64,000 nucleotides of DNA from Gonapodya sp. JEL0774 (Eukaryota), in NCBI GenBank assembly GCA_027604505.1, contig JADIIX010000020.1, forward strand, positions 1 to 64,000, given 5' to 3'. A program made the translations under genes and the position numbers. The notes beneath the pieces are model-generated. The model was not told where the DNA came from, made no database searches, and worked only from the letters and a program-made list of their open reading frames with translations. Below, piece after piece: positions 61,350 to 64,000 of the stretch; the stretch's first letter is position 1, and each line of letters begins with the position of its first letter.

Positions 61350-64000
61350 TTAGAATTCAAACAAATGGTCCTCGTCGTAGCCAATCTCCTGCAACAATGG
61401 CTTCGCAGCTTTTTCAAAAAGGCCTGGTGGTCCACTGAGGAGCCCTATGGTATCTGGATGGGGTTCAAAGAGTTTGTCCTTCAACATTCTCGCAGTAAAT
61501 TTTCCGTAGCTGCCAGTCCATCCGGGTAGACTCCCTGGCTTTTCGTATGGTGAACCTGAAATCGCCCAGCTGAAGCCTTCGTCAACTCATCGAGCTCAGA
61601 CCGGAGAAGAATATCCCCAACCGTTTTGTTGGGGAAACGATTCTGACGTGGGCTTGGTCGCTCCTATCCAGAACGATCGCCCTCGCCAATTCTGGTTTTA
61701 GCAAACCTGTACCTCCAGCAACTGCTGCTTTTTAGAAGCTGCAACCACCCGATTTGCCCACAAATAAGAATGCTGGACATCAAAGTTTCCTCTTCCCTGG
61801 TATCGTATATCTACAGTACAGGACGGTACTTATCAATGCAAAACTCAACTTTATCACATTACAAACCTCCACTGGGACCTCGGACCATCATGCGATTCTC
61901 TTTCCGATCGGCCCCGCTGGGATTTACTCGAGTCTCAAGAATTTGAGACATCGCTCCCTTTTCGTAGATCTTGATAACAAGCTCAAAAGTTCCATCATCT
62001 TCGTCCAGTGTCACGGGACTGATTGGAGTGTAACTGTTGCATCACGACAATCGATCAAAGATATATATCTTCCCTTTCGATATGGCAAAACAAACGGTCG
62101 AATCACAAGCCGATCTGTATCCTGTGGATCTTGATGAGCGGCGAGCTCGATGTGTTGCCCAACAGGAAGCCATAGTCGGTTGTTCTCGCGATCTGGAAGT
62201 CCGAGCCTCATTACATGTGTCAAAATAATACAACACGGGCGTGCATTCCTGTGTAATCTGTAAGCATAGGCTTGCTGACAATATACCTGAATCTCCGAGT
62301 ATCGTGCGAGATGTCTTCTCGTGAGACAAACTTGAGTGGCGTCCACCTCCGAGGATGAATGGCAACAATCTTCCCATCTGGAGTGACTTGAGGCTGGCGA
62401 GTGCAATCTAAAGTGAAGCTGTTAACTTCTTGTGTCAGAAATTGCACGCAGTGAGGATTGCAAACCCGAAAAATGGTCTTTCCTCTCCTGTTTGGCGAGG
62501 GTCCCAATTACAAAATTTTCTTTCATGCGTTTTGCATCATCAGCATGAATGCCCATAAATTCTTCCGTCGCGTCGCCGCCAGCATTCATGAGTATGGGTC
62601 CGGCACCTCCAGGATGACGAGAAAGGAACGACGTAACGTCGTAGACACCTCCAGCGATTACAATCCAGCACGATGACTGCGACTTGTGATTTTCGAGCTC
62701 GGATTGCTGCATCAAAACGTTGTTAGAGCATGTCTACTGTTTGTGAACCCCCAAAACAAACGGTAACCTGCAGATTGTTATTTTATCCGGGCGGGCCCTG
62801 ATCAGTGAGCTTTGCGTGTCGGTGCCGGCTACCTTCTTCAGCCATCCACCTTCTTTGGTTCCTAATGGTGCGGTGCGGGAACAAACTTGTAAGATGAGGT
62901 GAGAGGGAACGGGCGATTGAAAAACTGACCTGGAACCACATGGTGTAAAAATAGGAGATATGGGGGACGTCCATCTTCCTCCCGAAGCTCCACTTGGACG
63001 CGATAAAGGGAGTTATTCATCATTCCTTGTAAGCTCCTGTTTCATTTCATCTCAAACCATGTCATCTGTCAGATAACGAAATCATGATCGCACTTACCAT
63101 TCGAAGTTCTCAGGCTGCCTGTTGCCAGAAGAATCTGTGGCTCGCACAATCACCTCTGTGCACCGAAGAAGCCGCCAAAGCTCGACCTCGAGTGTCCAGT
63201 GGACCCAACCCCACCATTTACTTGAGTGTCGCCGACCCCCAACATAAGTTCTGTGCACCAACCCAATTTCCACCACCATCGAGGGAGAGTGCCACCGAGT
63301 TGACCTTATTACCATTCCCGGTATAAGCAAATCCTCGGAAGGTTACGTGTTTTTTTCCGCTTAGGCTCCTTATGTCGATCATGGCATCGTTGACGGGATG
63401 AGAGATGACTTGAAACAACAATGTCAGTCTTTCATCCCGAACAATCAAGATGAGGAATCTCACCGCTTTGAATGCTGTTTTGATACAATGTGTGCTCTGG
63501 CTGGAAAAGAGAAAAGGGGGACAATCATTGAATTCAGGAAACTTCGGTCTGAACACATTATCTCACGTTTGCATAATGTCCTTCCTTTTCTGCTTGCTCG
63601 TCAGAAGATACCCATGAAGGTAAAACTTCCGACAGAAAAGTTCTGGGTTCAATAATGTGCAAGGTTCAGAGAACACTAGTCAGACTACGCACGCAAGTTG
63701 ACATGCCACTGAAACCAGTTCGTGCTTATGTGATCGCTAATTGTGATCTTCTTGAGCCACTTTACTTGTCTTCCTCCAACCATTCCTATTTAGATGATGC
63801 CCACGTTGAAAGATCTTCTAGTCCGCTAAATCGACATTGACTTGCCGGGTATAATCACACGCAGTGGAGCATCATGGTCGGGTGGAAGTGGCTCCACGCC
63901 ATTCATTTGATAAGCGACAAGACAATCGTTCGTGGGATCGATTGCATAGTCAAGAGGAATGCTTGTAGCATATGTTGTTTCGTTGTGCACTGCGTTCATG
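61350..64000 (-). pseudogene. niaD: Assimilatory NAD(P)H nitrate reductase (Moco, dimerisation, cytochrome b5, FAD/NAD domains), frameshifted; 5' part runs beyond the window
   Basis: YATSIPL..VAYQMNG..PLRVIIPG..GGRQVKWL, GFAYTGNG, GMMNNSLYRV, b5 HPGG..GDATEEF, LPVGQH, RPYTP, GGTG. At least four frame disruptions (~63250, ~61735, ~61633, ~61535). Confidence 0.85.

Overview
Gene-dense, intron-rich eukaryotic DNA, inferred to come from an early-diverging, probably flagellated fungus (chytrid/monoblepharid-like). Support for this: a Ral GTPase, CCDC112, a DEG15/TYSND1 protease and an ethylene-receptor-type histidine kinase sit among typical fungal genes. About 25 protein-coding loci were assembled by hand from GT-AG splice signals, so several 5' ends are approximate: YSC84/LSB3, Ral, BVMO-type FMO, two paralogous atypical ankyrin proteins, Phi-like GST, F-box-like, COX7C-like, PHD protein, SKP1, PX protein, Rom-type RhoGEF, HAD, GDE1, DUF3605, ATG14-like, DEG15, AKR, CCDC112, NAD(H) kinase, COQ5, RFC3, ETR-like kinase, HAP3 and nitrate reductase. 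Main points of interest: (1) two intron-containing tRNA-Tyr(GTA) genes with identical exons except position 1, where both lack the C1 identity base (G1 and T1 opposite G72), suggesting 5'-end repair/editing of a nuclear tRNA; (2) these two tRNAs bracket, back to back, a ~4.9 kb CpG-depleted transposon-relic island; (3) a hybrid kinase with a complete ethylene-binding domain and an extra signal-peptide-led N-terminal domain; (4) a multiply frameshifted nitrate reductase pseudogene; (5) 5'-truncated HAD and GDE1 genes joined head to head; (6) ATG14 and DEG15 in frame and separated by a single stop codon.
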